This document shows, one piece after another, positions 16,137-24,272 of a stretch of 32,000 nt of DNA (the first letter of the stretch is position 1; each line of letters opens with the position of its first letter). The position numbers and the translations under genes are program-made. This DNA comes from Nostoc sp. PCC 7120 = FACHB-418 (lineage in GTDB: Bacteria; Cyanobacteriota; Cyanobacteriia; Cyanobacteriales; Nostocaceae). The notes under the pieces are model-generated. The model was not told the origin of the DNA. It was given only the letters and a program-made list of their open reading frames with translations, and did not search any database. Where the stretch lies: the NCBI RefSeq assembly GCF_000009705.1, contig NC_003272.1, positions 5,850,001-5,882,000 of the forward strand, in the 5' to 3' direction.

Positions 16137-18125
16137 ATGATATTTCTCGAACTCGTTCTACAAAACTTTGGCCCCTATTCTGGGAGACAAGTAATCAATC
16201 TTGACCCCAGAAGTGAAGACAATCCTCACCCAATTATTCTATTAGGGGGGATGAATGGAGGTGGAAAAACCACACTCATGGACTCTATCCGCCTGGCTTT
16301 ATATGGACAACGCGCCCAATGTTCTACCCGTGGCAATTTAAGTTATGGTGATTTCTTAACTCAATGCGTTAATAGTCAAGCTAATCCTACGGAAAAAACG
16401 CGGGTTGAATTGCTTTTTGAACATATTGAAGATGATAAACCGATAAAATATCGGATTGTGCGAACTTGGGAAAAAAACCCTAAAGATGGTAAGGATGCAC
16501 TAGGGATTTTAGGTGATGATGACACCTGGCCTGTGGATTCTCTGGTGAATATCTGGGATGACTATATAGAAAATCTTCTCCCTTTGGGTATTTCTAATTT
16601 ATTTTTATTTGATGGGGAACAAGTTAAAGAACTGGCAGAACAAGAGACACCACCACAAATTGTGATTGAAGCTATTCGTGGATTGTTGGGTTTAGAATTG
16701 GCGGACAGATTAGCTGTTGATTTAGAAATTTTGGTCAATCGCAAACGTAAGGAACTGGCTGAAACTAAAGATTTAGCTGAACTGGAAGAAATTGAGCAGA
16801 GGTTAAAATCACAGCAAGAAGATTATCAAGTTATAGAGGAAAAGTTAGTAACTTTTAAAAATGAAATTGAAGAGTTAGAAACTATACAGCGAGAAGCTTT
16901 AGATAAATTTGTTTCTGAAGGTGGTAAGATTGCTGCCGAACGCAATCAGCTAGAACAACAACAAAAGGAAAAATCTAGCGCCGCCGAGAATATTAGACAG
17001 TCAATGTGTGAATTAGCGGCTGAGGTTTTACCTTTGGCGTTAATTCCTAATTTATTGAGTCAATTACAAACTCAGGGAGCAAAGGAATTTCGCTATCAAC
17101 AGATACAATTAGCTAGAGATGTTTTACTTGAGCGAGATAAACGCTTATTGCAATGGTTAAGTGAATTAGCAATTGGTTCTGAACAGGTAGATAAAATCCA
17201 ATCTTTTTTAGTGGAAGATGTGGATAATTTATATACAGGTTACGCCCAAGCAGAAGCACCTTGGTTATTAGCTGATGAAGAAAGTTTAAGTCAGTTAGAT
17301 AATACCAGATATTATTTACAAAATGCTCAAATTTTAGCCAGGCAGCAATTAACTAATCTCAAAAGTATAGAAGAAGAGTTGATTGTCTTAGCTAGACAGG
17401 TGCAGACAGCAGCAGAACCAGAAGCTTATCAAAAGCTACGCGAAACTGTAGAAGCAGCACAAAATCAAGTCGTTCAAGCTAAGGCTAATTTTGAAACAAC
17501 TCGTCGTATTTCATCAGAATTAGCAGACTCTATTGAACGAACAAAGAAGGAATTGAAAGAATATACTGATAAAAATATTGATACTAAAAATAGAGGACAC
17601 ATTATTACTTCAGCCGCTAAAGTTCAAGAAACACTGAAGGTTTTTCGGGAAAAATTAACTCTACGAAAACTCAACAAACTAGAGGAAGAAGTAAAAAATT
17701 GTTTCCTCTATCTACTGCATAAATCAGATTTAGTATATCGCCTGACTATTGATACTAAAACCTTTGCCTTATCTCTGTTTGATTTCAATGGTAAACCTGT
17801 TCCCAAACATCGCCTGTCAGCAGGGGAAAAACAACTACTAGCGATCGCCTTTCTCTGGGGATTAGCCAAAGTCTCTGGTCTGCGTTTACCTGTAGCTATC
17901 GATACACCCCTCGGTAGACTTGACTCCTCCCACCGCCAAAACCTAGTAGAAAAGTACTTTCCTGCCGCCAGCCATCAAGTAATTCGCCTATCTACCGATA
18001 CTGAAATCGGGAAAAAGGAAGTAGAAACACTAAGGAGTAATGAGGCGATCGCCCGTGAATATCTTTTAAAATATAATTCAGCTACTCGTCAAACAAAGAT
18101 AGTAGAAAATCAATATTTTTGGTAG
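16137..18125 (+). CDS. dndD: DNA sulfur modification protein DndD (SMC-like ATPase)
   Basis: N-terminus MIFLELVLQNFGPYSG, Walker A GGMNGGGKT, FLFDGEQVKEL, coiled coil, LSAGEKQLLAIAF, VAIDTPLGRLD. I chose ATG 16137 (662 aa) rather than the TTG at 16089 used in the track. Confidence 0.92.
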   Translation: MIFLELVLQNFGPYSGRQVINLDPRSEDNPHPIILLGGMNGGGKTTLMDSIRLALYGQRAQCSTRGNLSYGDFLTQCVNSQANPTEKTRVELLFEHIEDDKPIKYRIVRTWEKNPKDGKDALGILGDDDTWPVDSLVNIWDDYIENLLPLGISNLFLFDGEQVKELAEQETPPQIVIEAIRGLLGLELADRLAVDLEILVNRKRKELAETKDLAELEEIEQRLKSQQEDYQVIEEKLVTFKNEIEELETIQREALDKFVSEGGKIAAERNQLEQQQKEKSSAAENIRQSMCELAAEVLPLALIPNLLSQLQTQGAKEFRYQQIQLARDVLLERDKRLLQWLSELAIGSEQVDKIQSFLVEDVDNLYTGYAQAEAPWLLADEESLSQLDNTRYYLQNAQILARQQLTNLKSIEEELIVLARQVQTAAEPEAYQKLRETVEAAQNQVVQAKANFETTRRISSELADSIERTKKELKEYTDKNIDTKNRGHIITSAAKVQETLKVFREKLTLRKLNKLEEEVKNCFLYLLHKSDLVYRLTIDTKTFALSLFDFNGKPVPKHRLSAGEKQLLAIAFLWGLAKVSGLRLPVAIDTPLGRLDSSHRQNLVEKYFPAASHQVIRLSTDTEIGKKEVETLRSNEAIAREYLLKYNSATRQTKIVENQYFW

Positions 18126-18157
18126 ATATTGCCGTAAAGTTGAGCAAATAGTAATTT

Positions 18158-18400
18158 ATGCTATCACCACATTTACAAGCTATAGAGCGTGATATACGTA
18201 CGCTGTCATTAGCAGAACTAGAATGGCTGTTAGAACGCATTACCAAGCAAGTGCAAACAAGGAAACAAACATCAGATAAATTTACTGATATGCAATATAT
18301 GAATGAACAACTAGCAGCAATGGCTAATGATTTGGAAGTGCAGACAGAAATTAGTTTGATTAATCACGAATTTAATTCTACAGAAATGGATGGTTTATAA
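18158..18400 (+). CDS. putative antitoxin (80 aa) paired with MazF-like toxin
   Basis: Small ORF ending 5 nt before the toxin start. The assignment rests on position and size, not on a recognised fold. Confidence 0.6.
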   Translation: MLSPHLQAIERDIRTLSLAELEWLLERITKQVQTRKQTSDKFTDMQYMNEQLAAMANDLEVQTEISLINHEFNSTEMDGL

Positions 18401-18405
18401 AAACT

Positions 18406-18753
18406 GTGAGCATCGAAAGAGGACAAATTTATTTTGTCAATCTTAATCCAGTACATGGTAGAGAACAGGCGGGAGCAAGACCTGTTTTAGTTTTATCTAC
18501 AGATGCTATCAATCAATTACCTTTAGTTATTACTGTAGTTGTAGGGACAAAAGGCACAAATATTAAGCGCGATTATCCAACTAATATTCGGGTTTCACCA
18601 AGTGACAGTGGGTTAGTTATAGAAACAGTATTCCTATGTTTTCAAATTCGTTCTTTAGACCCCAACCGCTTTCCCACTGACCCATCAGGTAAGCTTTCAG
18701 CATCCAAAATGCTGGAGGTTGAAACTGCTGTTCGCTACTGTTTGGGGTTATGA
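18406..18753 (+). CDS. mazF: type II toxin, MazF/PemK family mRNA interferase
   Basis: 115 aa, GTG start. The N-terminus ERGQIYFVNLNPVHGREQAGARPVLVLS is the hallmark PemK/MazF opening. Confidence 0.85.
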   Translation: MSIERGQIYFVNLNPVHGREQAGARPVLVLSTDAINQLPLVITVVVGTKGTNIKRDYPTNIRVSPSDSGLVIETVFLCFQIRSLDPNRFPTDPSGKLSASKMLEVETAVRYCLGL

Positions 18754-18800
18754 CCAAAAACCATCTTAATTTCTGTAAAACTTAATTATTAACAAAGACT

Positions 18801-19202
18801 ATGGAATCGCCCATCGAAAGAATTAAACTCTCGCAAACTGCTAAAGACCAATTATTAAAACTCCGCCGCAATACTAAAATAGACCAATGGAATATCCTCT
18901 GTCGTTGGGCTTTTTGTCGTTCTCTCGCCGAAACCACTCCACCTTCCCCTGTCCCCATTCCCCAAGATAGCAACGTCGAAATGACATGGCGCGTTTTTGG
19001 CGGCGAAATCTCAGATGTTCTCCTCCTCGCCCTGAAGCAACGCTGTCATAATGATGGCTATTCCACAGATAAAGAAACTTTAGCAACCCAGTTCCGCCTA
19101 CATTTACATCGTGGTATCGGTTACTTAGCAGGCGACCCAAATATCAAGAAAATTGAAGACTTAATTGAGCTAGCAATCAAAGATAAAAATGATATGAGTT
19201 AG
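18801..19202 (+). CDS. dndE: DNA sulfur modification protein DndE
   Basis: 133 aa. IKLSQTAKDQLLKLRRNTKIDQWNILCRWAFCRSL matches the conserved DndE N-terminal pattern. It is the last gene of the dndD-side unit. Confidence 0.85.
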   Translation: MESPIERIKLSQTAKDQLLKLRRNTKIDQWNILCRWAFCRSLAETTPPSPVPIPQDSNVEMTWRVFGGEISDVLLLALKQRCHNDGYSTDKETLATQFRLHLHRGIGYLAGDPNIKKIEDLIELAIKDKNDMS

Positions 19203-19287
19203 TGATTGACATTGATGTAGCCGTCGCACTGGTTGACTCGAAATATGATGCTCTGAATCTTCCAGGCGATCGCCCTTTGGTGATAAT

Positions 19288-20259
19288 TTAAGGTGTGTTG
19301 ACCAGATATTTGTAGAGGTCATCAATTATTCTATTAGCTCCCATCGCCCCCCCGACAGTCCAATTTACCCTGTACACTTGCTTATTCTGAACAGCTTTCA
19401 GTTTTGACCAAATAGGCTTTTGTAGGAAAGATAAAAAGTCGGGATTTGCAGATTTAAAATCTTGACTCAAATGTTCTGTCATAATAAATAAAATATCTGC
19501 ATCGTATTTGGGTAAAACTTCAATACTTAAAGTTAACTCTAGTTGTTTTTGATTTTTCTGAATTAGTTGTAATCCAACGTCACTCAGAATTTGCCCATAA
19601 GTAATAAAATCTGGTCTGTAGCTATAGAAAATATCTGCTGAACCTGCAAGATAAATTACAGATATTGTTTTTGTTTCTAATTGTTTTCCTAATTGCTGTC
19701 GTAGTTTTTGAATGCGATTTTGATACTGAGTCAGGAGTTCTTCGGCGCGATCGCTCTTTCCTAACACCTGGGCTACATATCGTAGTCTTTCTTTAAAATC
19801 GTACATAGTAGTAAAATCAACTAGTACAGTAGGTGCGATGCTGGAAAGCAGTTTGTAAGAACTCTTGAGCCAAGTTAACCCCAAAATCAAATCTGGTTTT
19901 AAACTGAGAATTTTTTCTAGGGAAGGCTGAGTTCCAATGTTTCCTACCACTGGAACATCAGCAAGTAAATCACTGGGTATACCTCGAAATTTTTCCTCAC
20001 ATTCCCGACAATACGCCACACCAACTGGCTTTATCCCCAACGCCAGTACAGAATCGAGAACTATATTTTCTTCTAAGACAACAACTCGCTGCGGTTTTAG
20101 GGGAACTTTCACTTCACCTAAAGTATTGCTAACGGTTCTTGTGGCTATTTGGCTTTTTGCTGACTGGGGTATGTTGTGGTTACAAGCTGCGATCGCTAAA
20201 ACCACAACTATTGTCAGCAGGAATAGTAAAAATTTGGAATTACGCATTAAAAATCCCAA
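19288..20259 (-). CDS. iron-siderophore ABC transporter substrate-binding lipoprotein (FecB/FhuD-like)
   Basis: 323 aa. Signal peptide with lipobox LAIAAC and the two-lobe periplasmic binding protein pattern (PQRVVVLE ... KPDLILG). It overlaps the receptor gene 3' end by 13 nt. Confidence 0.85.
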   Translation of the reverse strand: MGFLMRNSKFLLFLLTIVVVLAIAACNHNIPQSAKSQIATRTVSNTLGEVKVPLKPQRVVVLEENIVLDSVLALGIKPVGVAYCRECEEKFRGIPSDLLADVPVVGNIGTQPSLEKILSLKPDLILGLTWLKSSYKLLSSIAPTVLVDFTTMYDFKERLRYVAQVLGKSDRAEELLTQYQNRIQKLRQQLGKQLETKTISVIYLAGSADIFYSYRPDFITYGQILSDVGLQLIQKNQKQLELTLSIEVLPKYDADILFIMTEHLSQDFKSANPDFLSFLQKPIWSKLKAVQNKQVYRVNWTVGGAMGANRIIDDLYKYLVNTP

Positions 20260-22823
20260 GAAATTGTACCTGAGATGGTGAATGGATCGCCTCGCAACAC
20301 GAAATCTCTATTGGTAACAGAGACGAAATAGTCTGTATCAAAGATGTTTTTCATGTTCAATGCAAATCTGAGTCTATCTCGGCGGTAAAAAATACTCGCA
20401 TCGGTACGGAGGTAGCTGGGTACTTCAAAGGAATTGTCTAAATCTCCCGCACGATCGCCAATATAAAATAGTCCTAAACCAAACCCCAATCCTCTGAAAT
20501 CTCCTGATGAAATTTCGTAAGTTGTCCAGATATTAAAGCTATGTTCAGGAACATTAGTTAAACGATTACCAGACGTGTAAGTATTATCTTCAACAATTTC
20601 TGCATCCGTGTAGGCATAGCCAGCAAAAATTTTCCATCCTGGTAATATTTCTCCAGCAATATCAAATTCAATTCCTTGACTACGTTGTTCACCCGTTTGA
20701 ATAGAAAAGCGGGAATTATTGGGATCTGTAGTTAAAAGGTTGGAACGTGTCAACCTATAAAGGGAAAGAGTGCTGGAAATTCGGTCATTCAAATCGGCTT
20801 TGACACCAACTTCATACTGAGTACCCCGTTCTGGTTGAAATAGATTCCCATCCGCCGATCTACCTTCTGTGGGGTTAAAAGACTGACTGTAACTAGCGTA
20901 CAATGAAATGGCGGAAATGGGTTTATAAACAATACCCACGCGAGGTGTAAAGGCATCACCCGCTTGAATTTCAGTGGTATTATCTAAAAAATTTTTATTC
21001 TTTTGTGTAAATAAATCAAACCTACCACCTAACAACAGTTGGAAGTTTTCAGCAAATTTAATCTGGTCTTGAATATAGATACCCAGCGTATCTGTCAAAC
21101 GAGAATTATCTTCATAGACTGCATCAATTCGACCAACAATTGGCTGACGATAGACAGGATTATAAATATCAAGTGGGGTTAATTCTGCTAAATCGATGCC
21201 AAAATTGTTAAAGTTATCAAATCGGCTCATATTGACACCAAACAATAACTGATGTTCAATTGAGCCAGTAAAAAAGCGTCCCGATATATCTGTTGTTAGG
21301 TTATAGATATTAGAATCACTTTCTGAACTATAAGTGCTACGATTGGCAGTGCGATTATCAGCGTCAAGACCAAGAAAGAACGCTTGATTGTTATCAGCAT
21401 TATGCTCAAAGGTGACGCGAAAATCATTTCGTAATGACCAATTCTCGCTAAATCGATGCTCTAAGCGATACCCTAATCGGGTGGTTTCGATTTGAGTATC
21501 GCCTTCTGGTTCATAGACTGTGCGATTACGCGGAATCCGACGACCATCTGGCCCAGGTAACACTGTACCAACGGCTGGTAAGACAACAACTGTCCGAGAA
21601 TCAATGGTTTTCTGGGAGTATTCACCCTCAAAAGTCAAGGTTGTATTTTTGCCGAGTGCTGCACTAATTACAGGTGCAATAAAGAATGACCGATTACCAA
21701 CAAAATCAATGTAACTGCCAGAATTCTGATAGGCAAGATTGAGACGATATAGAAGTGTTTTGGAATCATTTAAAGGCCCGGAAAAATCAATACCACCTCG
21801 ATATAAATCATAGTTTCCCACTGTGGCTTCTATATTATAAAAGGGGTTAGCTAGGGGCTGTTTAGTGACTATATTTACTGTGCCGCCTGGGTTGCCTAAA
21901 CCATATAATACGGAAGCTGGGCCTTTGAGAACTTCTACCCTTTCTACATTGTATAAATCTCTAGTTTCCGTCAATGTGCGATCGGGTAACCCATTATTTA
22001 AGACGTTACCACTAAAAATCTCAAAGCCGCGAATTGTAAAAGAATCTGCTCTGTCCCCAGATCCTCTGGTAGGGTTAACACCACTCACATTTCTCAACGC
22101 ATCACCTAAGCGTGTGGCTCGTTGCTCTTGGAGAACTTGTCGGGGAACAACCTGAATTGATTGGGGAATATCCCGTAGTGGTGTATCGGTTCTAGTTCCC
22201 ACTGAAGCTGCTGGTACTCGATATTGATCTTGCTCTCCCGTCACCACCAACTCAATTGGTTCATCTGGCTGTGCTGCTGGTTGCTCTGGAATTGCTGGTG
22301 TTTCTGGTGGTTGCATTGCGACTTTTGCAGATGTCACAGCAACAATTAATCCTTCGTCTCCATCAAATAACTCCACCGCCGGTAAAGCTGTTTCTCCTAC
22401 CACCGTTACCCGCACAGTATTACTGTCAATATTTGTCGCATTTATCTCTGTGATTCCCGCTATTGGTTTTTCAGATTTAAACGTGAAAGCATCGCCATTG
22501 ACTAGTTGTAATTGTCCGCCAGTGATATCGACAATAAAATTATTACCTGTACTGCGATTGGTGACTTGCAGTTTATCCCCTTGGGTTGTCTCTAAAATTA
22601 CCTCCACACCTTTATCTGTGGAATTGGCTTTTACTCCCGTAATAGCGATCGCCTCCCCAGGAGAATTAGTTGGTGCTTGTACCAACAATTGCGCCTTAGT
22701 TGCGTTAAGTTGATCATTTTCTGACTTTGTATTAGCCGCAGCAGGTTGAGACGCAAGTAATACTAAAGCTACAATCCATAGTTGCCTATGCCATAACCCA
22801 AAAGCCACTAAAGATTTTTGCAT
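20247..22823 (-). CDS. TonB-dependent siderophore receptor with N-terminal AMIN-like extension
   Basis: 858 aa. Signal peptide, ~130-aa beta-rich extension, Pro-rich linker, plug domain (RDIPQSIQVV, VEVLKGPASVLYG), and a 22-strand-type barrel ending in terminal Phe (ISWDF). Confidence 0.9.
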   Translation of the reverse strand: MQKSLVAFGLWHRQLWIVALVLLASQPAAANTKSENDQLNATKAQLLVQAPTNSPGEAIAITGVKANSTDKGVEVILETTQGDKLQVTNRSTGNNFIVDITGGQLQLVNGDAFTFKSEKPIAGITEINATNIDSNTVRVTVVGETALPAVELFDGDEGLIVAVTSAKVAMQPPETPAIPEQPAAQPDEPIELVVTGEQDQYRVPAASVGTRTDTPLRDIPQSIQVVPRQVLQEQRATRLGDALRNVSGVNPTRGSGDRADSFTIRGFEIFSGNVLNNGLPDRTLTETRDLYNVERVEVLKGPASVLYGLGNPGGTVNIVTKQPLANPFYNIEATVGNYDLYRGGIDFSGPLNDSKTLLYRLNLAYQNSGSYIDFVGNRSFFIAPVISAALGKNTTLTFEGEYSQKTIDSRTVVVLPAVGTVLPGPDGRRIPRNRTVYEPEGDTQIETTRLGYRLEHRFSENWSLRNDFRVTFEHNADNNQAFFLGLDADNRTANRSTYSSESDSNIYNLTTDISGRFFTGSIEHQLLFGVNMSRFDNFNNFGIDLAELTPLDIYNPVYRQPIVGRIDAVYEDNSRLTDTLGIYIQDQIKFAENFQLLLGGRFDLFTQKNKNFLDNTTEIQAGDAFTPRVGIVYKPISAISLYASYSQSFNPTEGRSADGNLFQPERGTQYEVGVKADLNDRISSTLSLYRLTRSNLLTTDPNNSRFSIQTGEQRSQGIEFDIAGEILPGWKIFAGYAYTDAEIVEDNTYTSGNRLTNVPEHSFNIWTTYEISSGDFRGLGFGLGLFYIGDRAGDLDNSFEVPSYLRTDASIFYRRDRLRFALNMKNIFDTDYFVSVTNRDFVLRGDPFTISGTISWDF

Positions 22824-22966
22824 AACTCCTACACCAATAGATAAAAATTCTCAATTACCTCAGTAGAGTTAGATTACGAGGTTTGCGATAGTTCCGTCTA
22901 TCTGTAGAGCTGCATTTTTTTGTCACTGAAGCGGCTTGTCACAAAAACTTTAAAATTTTGATGATA

Positions 22967-23989
22967 TTAACTCAATTGTTTTTTGCCAAATTGAAATTCT
23001 TTAGGTGAAACTCCAAATTTCTGCTTAAAAGCCTTGGCAAAATAACCTAAATGTGAATAGCCGACAGCATTCGCTACTTCCGCAACTTGTATTTTACTAC
23101 CAGCTAACATCATTTTTGCTTGCTCCATACGGTAATCATGTAAATAACCAAATACCGTAGTCCCAAACACTTCTCGAAAACAGTAACGCAGTTTGCGATC
23201 GCCTAAACCAACTAATTGCGCTAGCTCCAACAACGATGGTGGATTTTCGGACTGACGCATGATAATATCTCTAGCATGGTAGGCTTTTTCAATATCTACA
23301 GGTCGTAAATTTGCCACTGCTGTCATCGCTGGTTCGTGATGGGAAAACTGACTTAATTGCAGTGCTAATAATTCTAAAACTTTACTTTCTAAATACATCC
23401 GTTTCATCATTCCTTGAAACGGAGGTTTAAGGAGTTGCTGCAATACCATAAACATCACTGGTGTGATTTCTCCGACAGTGTAATGAAACCTTGGCAAATA
23501 ATTTTTATTGATTAATGATTGTAAAGGAGCAGGTAAAGATGCAAAATCTTGACTAAAATTTTTAAATACTTCCATATCTATCTGGATGGTGATAAATAGA
23601 ATTGTCTCTGCTGCTGTAAAATCGTGAATTTCATCTACGTTAGGTAAGTAAAATAAATAGTTTTTGCCTACCTGCTCAATATAATCATCAGGAATCTCTT
23701 TCATTCCTGGGGTAACTGTCCGACAATTACCAGAGAGATGAAATTTAGAAATTAATGGGTAAGGATGAGCGTGAATACTCCAATATTTTAAGTTTTGATG
23801 CTGTCTTGCATCGGCTACAATTAATGTCAATCCTGGACGTAGCTCAACTGTGTAAGTTAATTCACTAAAAAACTTATTTTCCAATTGGTAAATTTCATCA
23901 AAGCCATCATGGTTTAATAATAGTTTGCCGTTGGTTTTGATACTTTCTTCCCATAGTTCGTCATATTGTTTTTCAGTGAATATATACAT
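22967..23989 (-). CDS. AraC-family transcriptional regulator (PchR-like, siderophore-responsive type)
   Basis: 340 aa. The C-terminal double HTH (LAQLVGLGDRKLRYCFREVFG ... VANAVGYSHLGYFAKAFKQKFGVSP) is the AraC signature. It is adjacent to the receptor gene. Confidence 0.88.
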   Translation of the reverse strand: MYIFTEKQYDELWEESIKTNGKLLLNHDGFDEIYQLENKFFSELTYTVELRPGLTLIVADARQHQNLKYWSIHAHPYPLISKFHLSGNCRTVTPGMKEIPDDYIEQVGKNYLFYLPNVDEIHDFTAAETILFITIQIDMEVFKNFSQDFASLPAPLQSLINKNYLPRFHYTVGEITPVMFMVLQQLLKPPFQGMMKRMYLESKVLELLALQLSQFSHHEPAMTAVANLRPVDIEKAYHARDIIMRQSENPPSLLELAQLVGLGDRKLRYCFREVFGTTVFGYLHDYRMEQAKMMLAGSKIQVAEVANAVGYSHLGYFAKAFKQKFGVSPKEFQFGKKQLS

Positions 23990-24272
23990 CTTTAATGATC
24001 TAGGAATTTTAAGCAGATACGATAGTTAGAATTGCCAGATATTCTTGGGTCAAGAACATTGTGCCGAAACGCTCTTCCAAACTAGTAACAGCTTGGATAA
24101 ACAAATAGTAATTATTATCAATAAATATACGCTAATTACCTTAGTAAATCAACAGAAGCAACAGGTAAGTAGACCAGATGCTATAAAATATACTTTAAAG
24201 GACACGATTTTACTGCTAAGGCAACGTGATGTTCGACGGAACCTAATCCAAATGATAAATATTCACACCCAC

